From Tubulanus polymorphus (lineage: Eukaryota > Animalia > Nemertea), in the NCBI RefSeq assembly GCF_964204645.1, contig NC_134028.1, positions 18,545,653 through 18,609,652 on the forward strand: a DNA stretch of 64,000 bases, written 5' to 3'. Both the position numbers and the translations under genes were made by a program. This document shows, piece after piece, positions 40,219-53,447 of this stretch. The notes below the pieces were generated by a model. The model ran no database searches, was not told the DNA's origin, and saw only the letters and a program-made list of their open reading frames with translations. How positions within the stretch are numbered: the first letter of the stretch is position 1; the number at the start of each line of letters is the position of its first letter.

Positions 40219-42932
40219 ACAATCTGAATGGTGACTATGTCTCTGGTCTATACTGACTGACTCTTGTCTCTGAAAAAAATGTGAAAATCTCAAATTAGTA
40301 GAGTTATCAGTATTCTGGAGTTAAATCTAAATTAGATTTCAATAATAATAGTTGATTTGAATATTTTTTTATTTTAGCAAGATGAAAACAGAGTTGAAAT
40401 TTGACCCATGACTGTAGTTGTATTTAAGTTAGGCAATCTATGTACAGTATGCCAGGACAGTATTTCCATTTTAAGGGTTTATATTGCAATCTGTCACATG
40501 ACAGCTGTATAGTGTTATGTAATTCGTTTGACAATTTATGCCAGTTTAATGTTCTTATTTTTAGTCTATTGTATATTTTTGATAAACACTGTTGATTTTT
40601 ATCTTTCATAAAATAATAAAGAAAAAATACATTCTGTTGAATTTGCTGATTTTTTATTTTGCTAATAGATAATTTCATCTTTCATAAAATAATAAAGAAA
40701 AAATACATTCTGCAGAACTTGCTTATTGGTTTACCTTTGTTAGCGATATGAAGTTGGCATTGAGCCAATTCATGTAAAATCGCGGTACGTTTTTTTATGT
40801 GAGCATTTGTTTCATTGGTTCTCGGCTTAAACGATGTATAATCGATGCGATTGAAGACATGGCGAACCTCCTAATTGAAAGCAAAATATTCCTACTTGGA
40901 AAAGTCACAATTTCTTCGGTTTCGATATATTCCTATTGAAACCTTCAATATTCCTAATTAATCTGCCATTCATCCCTAAATGGAATTTTGAAAGGTTGGC
41001 AGCCCTGCGATTGCGCAATACACTTTAGTTCATTTCCAATGAAAGTAACAGACAGGAAGTGTCTAGGTTTTGCTGCTTTTTAGCCAGATAAAGGAATTAA
41101 ATTTAACATTAAAACCAATATAACTCCGAGAATTTTTATCTGTTTAAAACCAAACTTGGTCAGTATGTTGTCTATACAAAGTTTGTTTAGATTCATGTAA
41201 GTAATTGCACAAATACGTAAATTAGGCTAATTTGCATACTAATTATCTAATTAATACCCACTTCTATAACCATTAACACGCAATACTATAGTTTATTTCT
41301 CAAGATAAATGATACTTAAGACATGGAATATCAATTTTGAGATAATATACCGAAGATATCGTGCATCAGGGTGATACCGATTACCACGGTAACCATAAGG
41401 TAAGTATCAAGGCGGCCATCTTGAATCTAATTAACTACATCTTTAATGTATTTAGTTGATTCGATATGGCCTTATAGACCTTTATTATTTGAAATAACTA
41501 ATCTTAGTGGATAAGTTCAATGTTTTAAAGCCTTCTGAAATAAAAGATACTAATAATATCATTATATTTCAGATACTCACTTGCCGCAGAAGAATAGGAT
41601 AAAGCGTTGAAGAGATCTACGTACTACATGGTTTTCCGAAATTAAATCAAATTGAAATGAATGGAAAAGCCTTTGTTTTTCTTTAGATATCCCTAGGCCC
41701 TAACAGATTTACCCATGAAATATCTATATCATGATATCTCAAATTGAGGCTCGAGGAATGGCGGCCATCTTGTTTTGCGTCGATATTTTATCGGAAAGTC
41801 AATTTTAAAAAAGTATGTCATGTTTGGTATCTAATTAAAGGTCTCCTTCTAGGCAAGTCATTCGAATGAAAAAGAAAATTAATAATATAATCCTCTAGAA
41901 TCTATTTGATTAACCACTGGTTGGTGGGTATTTTAGGCCTAGCAGCGGCAGTTATTTAGCGAAAGGGTCGACAATTGGAATTGAAAAACCATGAACAAAT
42001 GAATAACAACTGCTTTTCAGAGGGATATCCTAGTATTCAAGATGAGATGGTTACCTAAAGGTGAAGCAGATAGGAAAAATAAAATTTCTTTTTAGCAAAA
42101 AGTGAGCTAAAATTTAGACAAAACTTGGATTCTTGTGCAAAATACACAAAGTTTTTAAATTGGGTAGGCCTAACCATTATTCGTCTTATATATTGCCGAT
42201 TTCGTAATAAAGTATGAGTTTATTGAGTGAAAGTGACGTTTTACTTGTTAAATTGACATTTAGAGTGGTAAAAATGAACCAGGAAGTGTTTTGATTGATC
42301 AGCTGGCAGCCGGTGTGAGCCGGCAGTGACCCGGATGTAAACAATTTGAAGCGCCTTGCCGACTTTAGGTCAAAATCCGCGAAAGACTACTAAATCAATC
42401 TTAAAAGTAATAATTGAAAACAATATATAAAGTATCTTATTTTATCATGTAGTAGAGTGCAAGTTGTTAAAATTATTAATTTTAGCGTATGAGCACTTAG
42501 AATTATGTTTACGACTTTTTCCGAGTGATACAGGGCCTACCAAAACTTGCACGCACCGACATGCTCTACTTGAAACATGTTCTTAAAATATTCTGAGGTC
42601 AAATATCCAGCCAATCAGCAGCCGGCTCGCGGATTTGACCCAAAAAATTGCTTGCGTTTTTCACGTGTTTTAAAATGCATGAACAAACATGGCCGCCATC
42701 TTGTTTCCTAGAAATGAGCCAACGCGCGCCGAACTACGACTTATTGCTCCGTAACTAGGCAAGATACACTCATGAAATTTACACCACAACAAATAACCGG
42801 TAAATTGAGTATACTGAGCAAGTTTGGCTTCAATCGGATATAGAATACGTTTTTTATGAGCGATTGAAAATTTGAAGCGTGGAAAACGCTAATTATGACA
42901 CATTTTGATCACGTGACCTGAAATCCCTACCT

Positions 42933-44000
42933 ATGTCACCAACGGCCGGAGCTGCACATCATGACCTCCTGGTTAGTGGGGAGGGTAACCTCTCGTTAAA
43001 ACCAAAACGTGGCCGTCCAACGAAGACAAAAGCCGAAAATTTGAAAACATCTGAGGATTCCATCCTCCAGCGACTGACTGAAGTGATGGAGAGGGTCGTG
43101 ACGAGAGATGCACCCACCCCGAAAATGCACAATATTCTGGCACCCAAGCCCTATACCATGGGACACAATTTCCGCGTTTGGCTCGAAAGGTTTGACGCGT
43201 TCGCTGACCTGGCCCAGATTAGTTCTCGCATCAACGGGGGCGAACAGCGTAAATCACACCTGATGATGCGACTTGACCATGAGGCATACCAGGCTGTCTC
43301 GAACCTACGTCTCGACTCGAGCCTGTCGTATAATGATTTCTGTCGGCGGCTATCATCCCGTTTCCAACAAACAAAGACTGTGGATGACTTTAAGATGTTG
43401 TTGAAAGGGAGGGACCAAAAGACAACTGAATCTGTGGAACGCTATGCCGACGAGGTAGCAGAGCTGGCAAGGAACGCATACCCTGGCATTGCCTTCGAGC
43501 TGCAGGATGAATTGGCCAAAGACCAATTCCTTAAAGGTAATAGCCTACCCGTCTCAGCGAAGCAGTCAATGTATGCGGCCCAGCCAAGTTCGTTGGCTGC
43601 AGCAGTCGCTCAAGCACGGACTCTGGAAACAGCGAGACGGTTGACTGAGGGCACGACTCATAAACAAAAAGTATCCGTTAACCAGACCCAGCTCGACTCG
43701 ACTAGCTCAGCCATAACCAAACAACTCGACGAATTGAAGTCGATGATGGGAACGCTGATGACTCGAGTAGGCCATTTGGAAGCAGTTGTCTCTGGTAATG
43801 GCAATCGTCGACCACCCGCCGATGACAAATGTTGGCGTTGCAGGGATGCAGACCACCCCAAAAACTTGTGCCCACAAGTTAAATGCTATAATTGCGGGGG
43901 GAGTGGTCACTATTCAAGTAACTGCCACCTACCTAAGGGAAACCAGGGAAACGAGAAGCAGGGTTTTCAGGGGGGCAGTGGAAACCCCATCAGGAAATAG
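42933..44000 (+). CDS. Gypsy-2 gag (true start at 35679, cut off by the nested TIR element)
   Basis: Capsid-like Q...ESV..YA motif and two CCHC knuckles (CWRCRDADHPKNLC, CYNCGGSGHYSSNC). Confidence 0.93.
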   Translation: MSPTAGAAHHDLLVSGEGNLSLKPKRGRPTKTKAENLKTSEDSILQRLTEVMERVVTRDAPTPKMHNILAPKPYTMGHNFRVWLERFDAFADLAQISSRINGGEQRKSHLMMRLDHEAYQAVSNLRLDSSLSYNDFCRRLSSRFQQTKTVDDFKMLLKGRDQKTTESVERYADEVAELARNAYPGIAFELQDELAKDQFLKGNSLPVSAKQSMYAAQPSSLAAAVAQARTLETARRLTEGTTHKQKVSVNQTQLDSTSSAITKQLDELKSMMGTLMTRVGHLEAVVSGNGNRRPPADDKCWRCRDADHPKNLCPQVKCYNCGGSGHYSSNCHLPKGNQGNEKQGFQGGSGNPIRK

Positions 44001-44008
44001 TCCCCCCT
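43937..44008 (+). promoter_or_regulatory. -1 ribosomal frameshift signal: G_GGA_AAC heptamers plus H-type pseudoknot
   Basis: GGGAAAC at 43937 and 43946 in the gag frame. Stem 1 is 43961-43968/43980-43987 and stem 2 is AGGGGGG 43969-43975 / CCCCCCT 44002-44008. The -1 frame is open from 43952 into pol. Confidence 0.8.
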
Positions 44009-44050
44009 GTACCGCTGTATATACCCCCGGCAAGACGTAGGAAAAATCGG

Positions 44051-47000
44051 ATGAATACGGCAAATGGTCTAACGTGCGATGCAAGTAGAGATGCACCTAT
44101 TGATGGTTACCATCATACTAGCCCCACCACCGTGAGACCATCAAACCATATTCAAATGATATCGAGACCATCAAACCATATTCAAACGACACCTCAAGAT
44201 GGATATGTGGTTGCTGGCCCGGCATGTGATTCTAGTGGAGATACACCTACTGATGGTCTGCATCCTACTAGAACCATCACTGTTAGACCACCACAACATA
44301 CCCAAAGTATAGAAGAAAATCGACGTGACCCTTCGGAGAACAGTGAGGCTCCCAGTCCGGCTACGGAAAACACTTGTCACAAGTTGCGCGACACCAAGGT
44401 TCAAACAACAGGGACAGAACCAGCCCAGACGAGCTTAGTTACAAACATCGGAACAGTGAGGCTCCACGCCTCGGGCCTTTTCTGTGATGCCGTAGTAAAT
44501 GACCATTTGAAAGCGGTGGTACTCCTGGACACTGGTGCCTCCTGCACAATCATTAGAGGTTCGGTATGGGACTCTAGCAGCCCGACTGGTGAAGCCGCTG
44601 CACTGAGGCCAATCGAAGGAATCGTGACAACGGCTACCGGTCAGCCAATGGAGTTACGTGGATTAGCTGATGTATGTCTGAGAGTTGGAACTGAAGAATT
44701 TCATGTCCCCATGATCGTCAGTGAGGATTTGGCACAAGACTGCTTGCTTGGAAGTGATTTCTTCGAGAAATATGGCTGCAACATAGATTACCGTAACAAA
44801 GTGCTCCGCTTCGGAAGCCTCAGCGAGGTGCCTGTCCGCCAGAGCCCCAAACGCGCGAGCGCTTGCAGGGTGTTCATCAGTAAGAGCCAAATCATTCCAG
44901 CTGGATCCGAGGTGGTGGTAAATGGATACATGAAACGGAGTTATGCTCATAATAATTCGACCTCAGGGATGATCAGCAGCTGTGGACGGAATAATTTTTG
45001 CACTGGGAAAACACTGGTGGTACCGGAGGCAAACCAGATACCGGTTCGGCTGGCTAACTTCTCGGATGAGGCTTGTAGAGTCGACAGGGGCCAGACTATT
45101 GGTCTATTCTGCCCCCTACAGTCAGTTGACATCATGACTGTCGACGACCATGCTCAAAACCCGTCAACTCCAAAAATCCAGCTGCAGGGTGGTGACAATA
45201 CTGAATTCAAGGACCTCTTGAGAGAATTGAAAATCGACCAGCTTGAAATCCCCACTGACATGAAAACACAGCTTGTTGACATCATACGGGAGCTAAAGTC
45301 AGTATTCTCGATGGGAGACTTTGACATTGGTCGAACAGATTCGCTTGAATTCGAGATTGACACCGGTGACCACCCACCGATAAAACAACATCCCCGTCGG
45401 CTACCCCCCGGTAGGAGAGCTTTTGTTGAGGGGACGACCAAGGAGCTTTTAGAACACGACTTGATCCGGCCATCCACCAGCCCGTGGTCAAGCCCAATAG
45501 TTCTAGCGAAAAAGGCCGATGGTTCCCTGCGTCTATGCTGCGATTACCGCCGACTCAATGACGCAACAGTCAAAGACGCTCACCCATTAGGTCGAATAGA
45601 CAGTACCCTAGAGGCTTTATCGGGCGCAACCTGGTTCTCGTCCCTCGATTTAACTAGCGAATACTGGCAGGTCCCAATAAAGGAATCAGACAAACATAAG
45701 ACCGCATTCACGACTGAAAACCATCTATTTGAGTGGAATGTCATGCCGTTTGGAGTCTGTAATGCCCCGGCGTCATTCAGCAGACTGATGGCAATGGTAC
45801 TGGATGATGTTGCATGGAAAACATGCCTTATCTACCTGGATGATGTAGTGGTGTTTAGTCATGATCTACCAACCCATCTGACGCGATTACAAGAGGTATT
45901 TCGTTGCTTTCAGAAAGCCGGTCTCAAGCTAAAACCGAGGAAGTGCTCGCTTTTCCAGCGGCGCCTCAAGTTTTTGGGGCATGTAGTAAGCGAGGCCGGT
46001 GTCGAAACCGACGGTGCCAAATGCGATAGAGTCAGGGATTGGCCGACCCCAACGTCAGTTACCGAACTGCGTAGTTTCCTTGGTCTTGTGACATATTACT
46101 CGCAATTCATCAAGGATTTCGCCGACTTGACAGCCTCGCTACACCGCCTTACGAGGAAAAATAAACCATTCGTCTGGACATTCAAGCAACAACTAGCGTT
46201 TGACGGACTGAAAGAAAAGCTGACCAGCTCCCCTATCCTGGCATTCCCAGATTTCTCGGAGGGTGCTGGAGAGTTCATTTTGGACTGTGACGCCTCTAAC
46301 TGGGCTATCGGAGGGGTGCTGTCACAACTACAACACGATGGTTCTGAGAGAGTGATCGAGTACAGTAGCCGCACGCTGAAAGGTGGAGAGGAGAACTATT
46401 GTGCCACCAGGCGCGGAATGTTGGCCTTGGTTGACATGATTGATCACTTCCGCCACCATTTACTAGGCAGGAAATTCAAAGTTCGCACAGACCACGCAGC
46501 ACTCAAGTGGCTACAAACCTTCAAAAACCCTGAGGGCCAAGTGGCTCGGTGGCTTGAACGCCTGTCGGAATATGATTTCGTGATCGAACATCGAGCTGGA
46601 AGCAAACATTTGAACGCAGACGCCCTGTCTCGCATCCCTAAGAGACAGAGGAAACATGGGGACTGCCCAACTTGTGGTGACACTGGTCCATCTATATACC
46701 AGGTGACTGCAAAACATCAGGGCGATTTGACAGCGCACTCCACTGGCTTGTCCAGGAACAAAATAATCGAGGCGCAAGTAAATGACCCAGAAATATCAGA
46801 AATTAGGGAGTTCTTGGCCGGAGATGGGGTCAAGGACAAGAAACGGCTACAACGGTGTGGTAGAACAGCGAGGAGCCTCTATAGTCTGGTTGAGCGTCTA
46901 GAGCTTTTAGATGGCATTCTTGCGCTTAAACCACTTCCGGGGGCTACCTCAACGAGACACCGAGTGGTACTACCCATTTCACTGACTGATGGAACCATAG

Positions 47001-48597
47001 GAGTCATACATCAGGGATTTGCCGGGAAACATCTCGGTACCAAAAAGACAGAGTGCAAAATTAGGGAAAGATTCTGGGTATTAGGCCTCTCAGCTAGGGT
47101 CAGGGATTTTGTTCGGGGCTGCAAAACTTGCCAAGAGTGCAAGTCCCCGTCCAAACTACCAAAAGCCCCAATGATGTCTACACCGGTACGGCGACGCTTC
47201 CAGCGTGTACATATAGACATCGTGGGCCCATTACCGAGAACCCGCCGCGGCAATGTCTACATTCTAGTGGCTCAAGATGCATTCACTAAGTGGCCCGAAG
47301 CATGGCCAATTCGCACGGAAAAGGCCTCCGTGGTGGCACGTGCCCTTGTGAACGAGTGGGTCACCCGTTACGGCTGCCCTGAATCCATCCACTCGGACAA
47401 AGGCACGAACTTCGAGTCGAAAGTTTTCATGGAGATGTGTAGGATCTTGGCTATTGAAAAGACCAGAACCACTGCCTACCATCCTATGGGCAATGGGCAG
47501 GTGGAAAATTTCAATAAGTCCCTGAAGGCCATGCTGACTACAGCCGTCAATGAGTGTGGAACAAACTGGGACGAGGAACTACCAGCGTGTTTGATGGCAT
47601 TTCGTTCAAGCGTCCAGCACTCCACTCTTGAAACGCCGTTCTACTTGATGTACGCCGAGGAAATGTCACTACCAATCGACATCAGCGTAGGCTTGCCCGA
47701 GGACCACCAACCAAGGACTAAGTATGGCATGGACCTCTCTGACCGCCTCACGTCAAGTCACACAACATTGTTCGTGATCGACTAGTGATGGCACAAAGGC
47801 GTCAGAAAATGGACTATGACCGTTTCGCAAAACGCGGGGGTTACAAGGTCGGGGATCGCGTGTGGCTGATGAGCCATTTCTTGAAGAAGGACGAGGCATC
47901 TAAGTTCCACCGGAAATGGAAAGGGCCTTACGTCGTGACCGAGAGACTATCGGAGGTGAATTACAGGGTTGTCCTGGAACCAGGCGCCGATCCGAGGGCG
48001 GTGAAGAGAAAGCGGGTTGTGCACTTCAATGATATGAAACCGTGCTTCCTGTCTAGTGAGGCCGTGACCATAGGTCATAAAAAACCTAGACAGGAACCGG
48101 TTAAAACGACCGATCCCGAGGAGCAACCAACCCTCAATGACGACGAGGGGGAGGAAGATGAAGACTGTGTCTGGACACGGTCACACCCCGAGACAACGGC
48201 AGTTATTCAAGAACCTCTTGTAACAAACCCTACCCAAAACCATCGCGAGCCTCCTACTCAAAACCGCTCCAAGCCTGGGCCTTTGAACATTACAAACACT
48301 GAGGGGCACAGAAGACTCAGGCCCAGAGTAGGGATCAGGCGCCCTAGTCGGTTCGTAAACTCATGTACAGTCAAGAACGATGATTCGCTAGCCAACCAAA
48401 ATAGGGCCTCAGACCCTTTGGTGGATCCAAACACACTTATAGGACCTCCAGTCGCCTCGGACAAGATTGAGCAGAACAACATTTTTGATATAGAACTGAT
48501 CCAAAATTGCCAGAAATGTCGCGAAGTTCGGTCCCGGATTAACATGAGGAAAGGCTACTGGTTAGAAATGGGCCGGTACCTTAAATCAAAGGGTTAA
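44051..48597 (+). CDS. Gypsy-2 pol (PR-RT-RH-IN), one frameshift near 47760
   Basis: LLDTGA, PWSSP, DYRRLN, MPFG, YLDD, DCDAS, RTDH, HHCC, DIVGP..SDKG..E. The C-terminal KWKGPY module is in ORF 47785-48597. Confidence 0.95.
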
Positions 48598-48843
48598 ATC
48601 CTATATATATATTTAGTACCCTTGTATATAACCCTGTATATATATTTACTTAGTTTTAGTAGACAGTTTATTATCATTTGTAACTGGTGGTGACTAGGAT
48701 TTCAGACCCCTTGCACCTCCTGATGGTATGCTTGGGACCACCCACCTTGCATGATTCGGGTGGTATCTGAATGAACGGAATCTCCGCCATTTAGTCTTGT
48801 CGTTGCAGCCAACTCATGTTTTGAACTATTTATCGTTTCTAGC

Positions 48844-49677
48844 ATGGACTGTATCGAGTTAGACCAGTTATCTAGCCTCCACGAGGCGACACAGACCCTT
48901 AAACGGCAGGTCTCGAAAGAAGTCTGTTCCACCCTTCACAGACAGGACAAGACCCTCAGCGAATTGAGAGCCAAGATGGGCAGACTTTATAACTCTGCCG
49001 TAGAACAGTCGTTTGTGGAGGATCCTGGTCGCATAGTAACCGGTGCGGTAGTAACCGGTCTCAAGACGACAAAGACCCGACGTTTTCGGCCGAAGATGAG
49101 CACAGCTGCATTTGAGTACATCAGCCAGGAACTAGTGAACGCCCTGGCCGAATGTGGTGGTGACTCCTCGTACATCTGGTCGAAACTTGGAGACTTGAAA
49201 CAGAGGGCAGTTGAGGACTTACCAATCGTGTTGCTGGGAGACTCGATGTTTACGGGGCTAAAGGCCAGCGGCGGTTTGATTCCAATTTGCCACCCTGGTG
49301 AACGACTCGGTGATTTGTTGGAGTACCTCCCACATGTATCCTTTAGGGCAAGAGCGATTGTGGTCACGCATGGTATGAACCATGCCGGCGATTATGGCAG
49401 GACGACAGAGGAGTTGGCGGAAGTTTTGGCGCTACTCAAGGGCAAGCACCCTTCTGTTCCCCTTTTCCACCTACAGACCCCTGTCCCTCCTTGCTGGCGT
49501 GGTGACCACAATCGGGTAAACAACATCAACCGGGTTAACGTCTTCGCCCTCCGTGCCGGGTTCCAACAGGCCGACCATCCAGATATCCCGGATTCTGATT
49601 TTGTGGGGATCCACTACAAAAAGTCGGCCATGCACTATGTCTGTCGGGAAATAATCCGTGTGGTAGATCGCGCCTGA
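48844..49677 (+). CDS. Gypsy-2 ORF3: coiled-coil + SGNH/GDSL hydrolase-like protein, 277 aa
   Basis: Intact ORF between pol and the 3' LTR, with blocks LLGDSM, HPGER, HGMNH and DFVGIHY in SGNH order. Confidence 0.75.
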   Translation: MDCIELDQLSSLHEATQTLKRQVSKEVCSTLHRQDKTLSELRAKMGRLYNSAVEQSFVEDPGRIVTGAVVTGLKTTKTRRFRPKMSTAAFEYISQELVNALAECGGDSSYIWSKLGDLKQRAVEDLPIVLLGDSMFTGLKASGGLIPICHPGERLGDLLEYLPHVSFRARAIVVTHGMNHAGDYGRTTEELAEVLALLKGKHPSVPLFHLQTPVPPCWRGDHNRVNNINRVNVFALRAGFQQADHPDIPDSDFVGIHYKKSAMHYVCREIIRVVDRA

Positions 49678-50192
49678 ATGTGTTTCCTTCGGTACCTAAC
49701 GATGGTTCACCTGGAGTCGCTTATTCTTTGTAATGTTAGTGACAAAAAGCCATTCAGTCCAAATACTACCACACGTGACCCCCCAGATGTAGCACACCCC
49801 ATTGCGTACAGTTTCTTTCCGTTTTCTTTTGATTGTATTTTTCAGCTTCCCAGGACGAGGAACAGTGGCAGAGGGGCAAGCCAAGTGCAGTGTCCATTGG
49901 CCGTATCTACCTTTTGATGGTATAGATATTTTTGGTTAGACACTACGCTTAGGTGCGCCCCGAAAACAAACCACAAACCATTAGTGGAGATCGAAAGCTG
50001 CATGTATTATCATCACTGAGATGCAACCCTAATGCGAAACAACGACTACGCCATGTTAGATGTCTACTGTATCCAGAGCCGAGAAGTTTGGAGCTTAATA
50101 TACTATAATAAGGACTATAATTTAATTTGTGTAGATATTTTGACTATATATTCCTGTTCAAATAGGAGTTTGAACAAGTTGAAGGGGGGTGG

Positions 50193-50384
50193 TGTGATGG
50201 AATATGTCCATCAGTCGTTTTCTATGTTGTAACTGGAGGGTGCTGCCCTCTCTCTCGAAAATACAGAACAATAGGTGATTGTGTTAATATCTTTTGTCCG
50301 CCTTTTTACTGGTTTTTGGGCTCTCAGAGTCGATATTTGGAGGAAACTTCTACTGTGGAACAGGCAGAATAGGACCTCGTTACA
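50193..50384 (+). repeat. 3' LTR of Gypsy-2
   Basis: Identical to 35244-35435. Confidence 0.97.
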
Positions 50385-51724
50385 TTAACTATATATTAAC
50401 TATATTCGTGGTTAGCAATCTATATTATACTCATTACTATAAAGATACCATAAAAAAGGAAGTTTTTTCCATTTCACCAGTTTTGATGCAGACCTGTCAC
50501 CTCAGGTCCCGAGAAGCTCTGCAAAATGGCGCGAGCTGCCGTGTGAGGTCTCGCTTCATAATTATTGTTTTATAGTAACTTAAGATTAACTATATCCATG
50601 GTTAGCAATCTATATTATATTCATTACTATAAAGATACCATAAAAGTTAATGTTTTCCTTCATTTCATCAGTTTTAATGCAGACCTGTCACCACGGGTCT
50701 CGAGAAGCTCTGCAAAATGGCGCGAGCTGCCGTGTGAGATCTCGCTTCAAAATTATTGTTTTATAGTAACTTAAGATTAACTATATCCATGGTTAGCAAT
50801 CTTTATTATATTCATTACTATAAAGAGACCATAAAAAATAAAGTTTTCCTTCATTTCATCAGTTTTAATGCAGACCTGTCACCACAGGTCCCGAGGAGCT
50901 CTGCAAAATGGCGCGAGCTGCCGTGTGAGGTCTCGCTTCAAAATTATGGTTTTATGGTAACTGAAGATTAACTCTATCTATGGTTAGCAATTTATATTAT
51001 ACTCATTACTATATAGAGGTTATAAAAAGTAAAGTTTTTTCCATTTCATCAGTTTTAGTGCAGACCTGTCACCACAGGTCCCCAGAAGCTCTGCAAAATG
51101 GCGCGAGCTGTTGTGTGAGGTCCGCTTCATAATTATTGTTTTATAGTAACTTAAGATTAATTCTATCCATGGTTAGCAATTTATATTATACTCTTTACTA
51201 TAAAGAGACCATAAAAAGTTGTTTTCCTTCATTTCATCAGTTTTAATGCAGACCTGTCACCACAGGTCTCGAGAAGCTCTCTACAAAATGGCGCGCGTTG
51301 CCGTGTGAGGTCTCGCTTCAAAATTATTGTTTTATAATTACTTAAGATTAACTATATCCATGGTTAGCAATCTATATTATATTCATTGGTTAGCAATCTA
51401 TATTATATTCATTACTATAAAGAGACCATAAAAATTAAAGTTTTCCTTCATTTCATTAGTTTTAATGCAGACCTGTCACCACAGGTCCCGATCAGAAGCT
51501 CTGCAAAATGACGCGCGTTGCAGTGTGAGGTCTCGCTTCAAAATTATTGTTTTATAGTATTTCAAGATTTAATCTATCTATGGTAAGCATACAATTTTAC
51601 ATTCACCATTAGAAAGAGATCATAAAAAGTTCAGGTTTTTCTATTTCATCAGTTTTCAAGCAGACCTGTCACCACAGGTCCCGAAGCTCTGCAAAATGGC
51701 GCGAGCTGCCGTGTGAGGTCTCAC
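50385..51724. repeat. ~190-bp satellite, 7 units
   Basis: ACCTGTCACC marker at 50492, 50683, 50874, 51064, 51252, 51471 and 51664. Confidence 0.95.
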
Positions 51725-53044
51725 TAATTAATCAGTGTTATGTCTAATTTATCCTATGTCAACTTATAAGCTTGGACTGAAATGTTTTTAAATTGCATGT
51801 GCACCTGGTGAATTAATTATATTGCGAGTAATTAATAATAATATGTAAATATATAGGGCCTAATCATAATGAGTATAATCATTGTTATTAATACTGATTA
51901 TGAGTACATAAGGCACTACTGGTATCATTGCCTGATCTTGATATTTTCATGTTTCATGTTACAAAAAAATAAATAAATTGTAAACAATTCTTTCAATGTT
52001 CTCAAATCATTCACCATCATTGCATCTTTATTATATACAAGGCGATATAGTTCAACAACTTTTTATAAACGGACAAACATAAATTCTTAAATAAATTCAT
52101 AACACATAATAGTTTGTTTTTTGTTTTTGAATAATATATTCAGAAAGCACTAAGATATGTTCTTTTTGTTTCTTATCGGCTATCATTTGTTCTAAATCCG
52201 CGCCTATCATATCTTCTAATCGCCTATCATCGGTTCAGTCATAACGATTTTCATTTTAGCGAATCGACCTGTCACCTGAGGTCCCACCTGTCATGTCAGG
52301 TCTTGGGCCCTGACATGACAGGTTCTGGAAACTCTGCAGACAGACCTAAATGGTGCGAAGAGCAAGACTGGTTGCGGTGGCAGCACATGACGGCTTCACC
52401 CAGTCCAGTAGTGTGGTTATTCTGCGGATTTTCCAGAACCTGCCCTGAGAGACCACCTAGCTTCTCAGGACAGGAACCTGCCCTGAGAGGCCAAGCGTTT
52501 GAATCAATAGAAAATGAAAACCCATTCAACAGATTGAGCTGAAACGGTGGCAAGTCAAGGTGATCGGGATAGTTCGTATTCAAACTAAATACAAGTTTTC
52601 GATCATAAAATTGAAGACTACGCTGTATTCTATAGAAATGAATTAAGAATTACAAATGCTTTAAATCATATTAAGCTAAAACAGTTAAAAAGTCAAGATG
52701 ATAGGGAAACGGGTTTCATGCGGAATGCCCGTATACAAGTAAAATCAATAATATATGTATTTTTGCTGAAATATATAAGAAAATAGAATTAAAATTGATA
52801 TTTTTTCAGAAACAAATTAAGAAATACAAATATTTTTCTCTGTGGGAACATTTTCATCAAAAATTTCATCTATAACTAATAGGCCTATCTGAAAAAGAAA
52901 AATCACAATTATTCTCAGGAATAAGATTTTGCTGCTATACTTATATAAGGCTTAAATGGGACAGCCAAAAGGATATTTCCGCGTTGTTATTTAATATAAT
53001 CAACTTTACGAAACTCTCAAAGAAGACAAATATTGTAATGCAGT

Positions 53045-53447
53045 AGCTATAACGCCCTGTAATGCTATGTGAAACCCTAGTAACTAAAAGTGAAATATGT
53101 GTAACGCTATGTAACACCCTATAACAAGGGTGTAACAGGCTGTAACGCCCTGTAACGCTATATGAAACCCTAGAAACTAAGGGTGAAATATGTGTAACGC
53201 TTTGTAACACCCTATAACAAGGAACCAGGATGTAACACCCTGTAACGCTATATGAAACCCTAGAAACTAAAAGTGAAATATGTGCAACGCTTTGTAACAC
53301 CCTGTAACAAGGGTGTAACCGGCTGTAACACCCTGTAACGCTATATGAAACCCTAGAAACTAAAAGTGAAATATTTGTAACGCTTTGTAACACCCTGTAA
53401 CAAGGGTGTAACAGGCTGTAACACCTTGTAACGCTATATGAAACCCT
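53045..53447. repeat. ~89-bp tandem repeat rich in GTAAC sub-repeats, about 4.5 copies
   Basis: TGAAACCCT marker at ~53070, 53163, 53253, 53346 and 53439 (period ~90-93 bp). Confidence 0.9.

Noticed and set aside
44171-49367. Numerous short minus-strand ORFs over Gypsy-2 pol and ORF3
   Set aside because: Shadow ORFs of a GC-richer coding strand, with no motifs.
48844-49677. env gene
   Set aside because: No signal peptide, furin site/fusion peptide or transmembrane anchor is visible, and the motifs fit an SGNH fold.
50294-53393. Repetitive ORFs in the satellite and the GTAAC tandem repeat
   Set aside because: Translations of tandem repeats with no coding signal.
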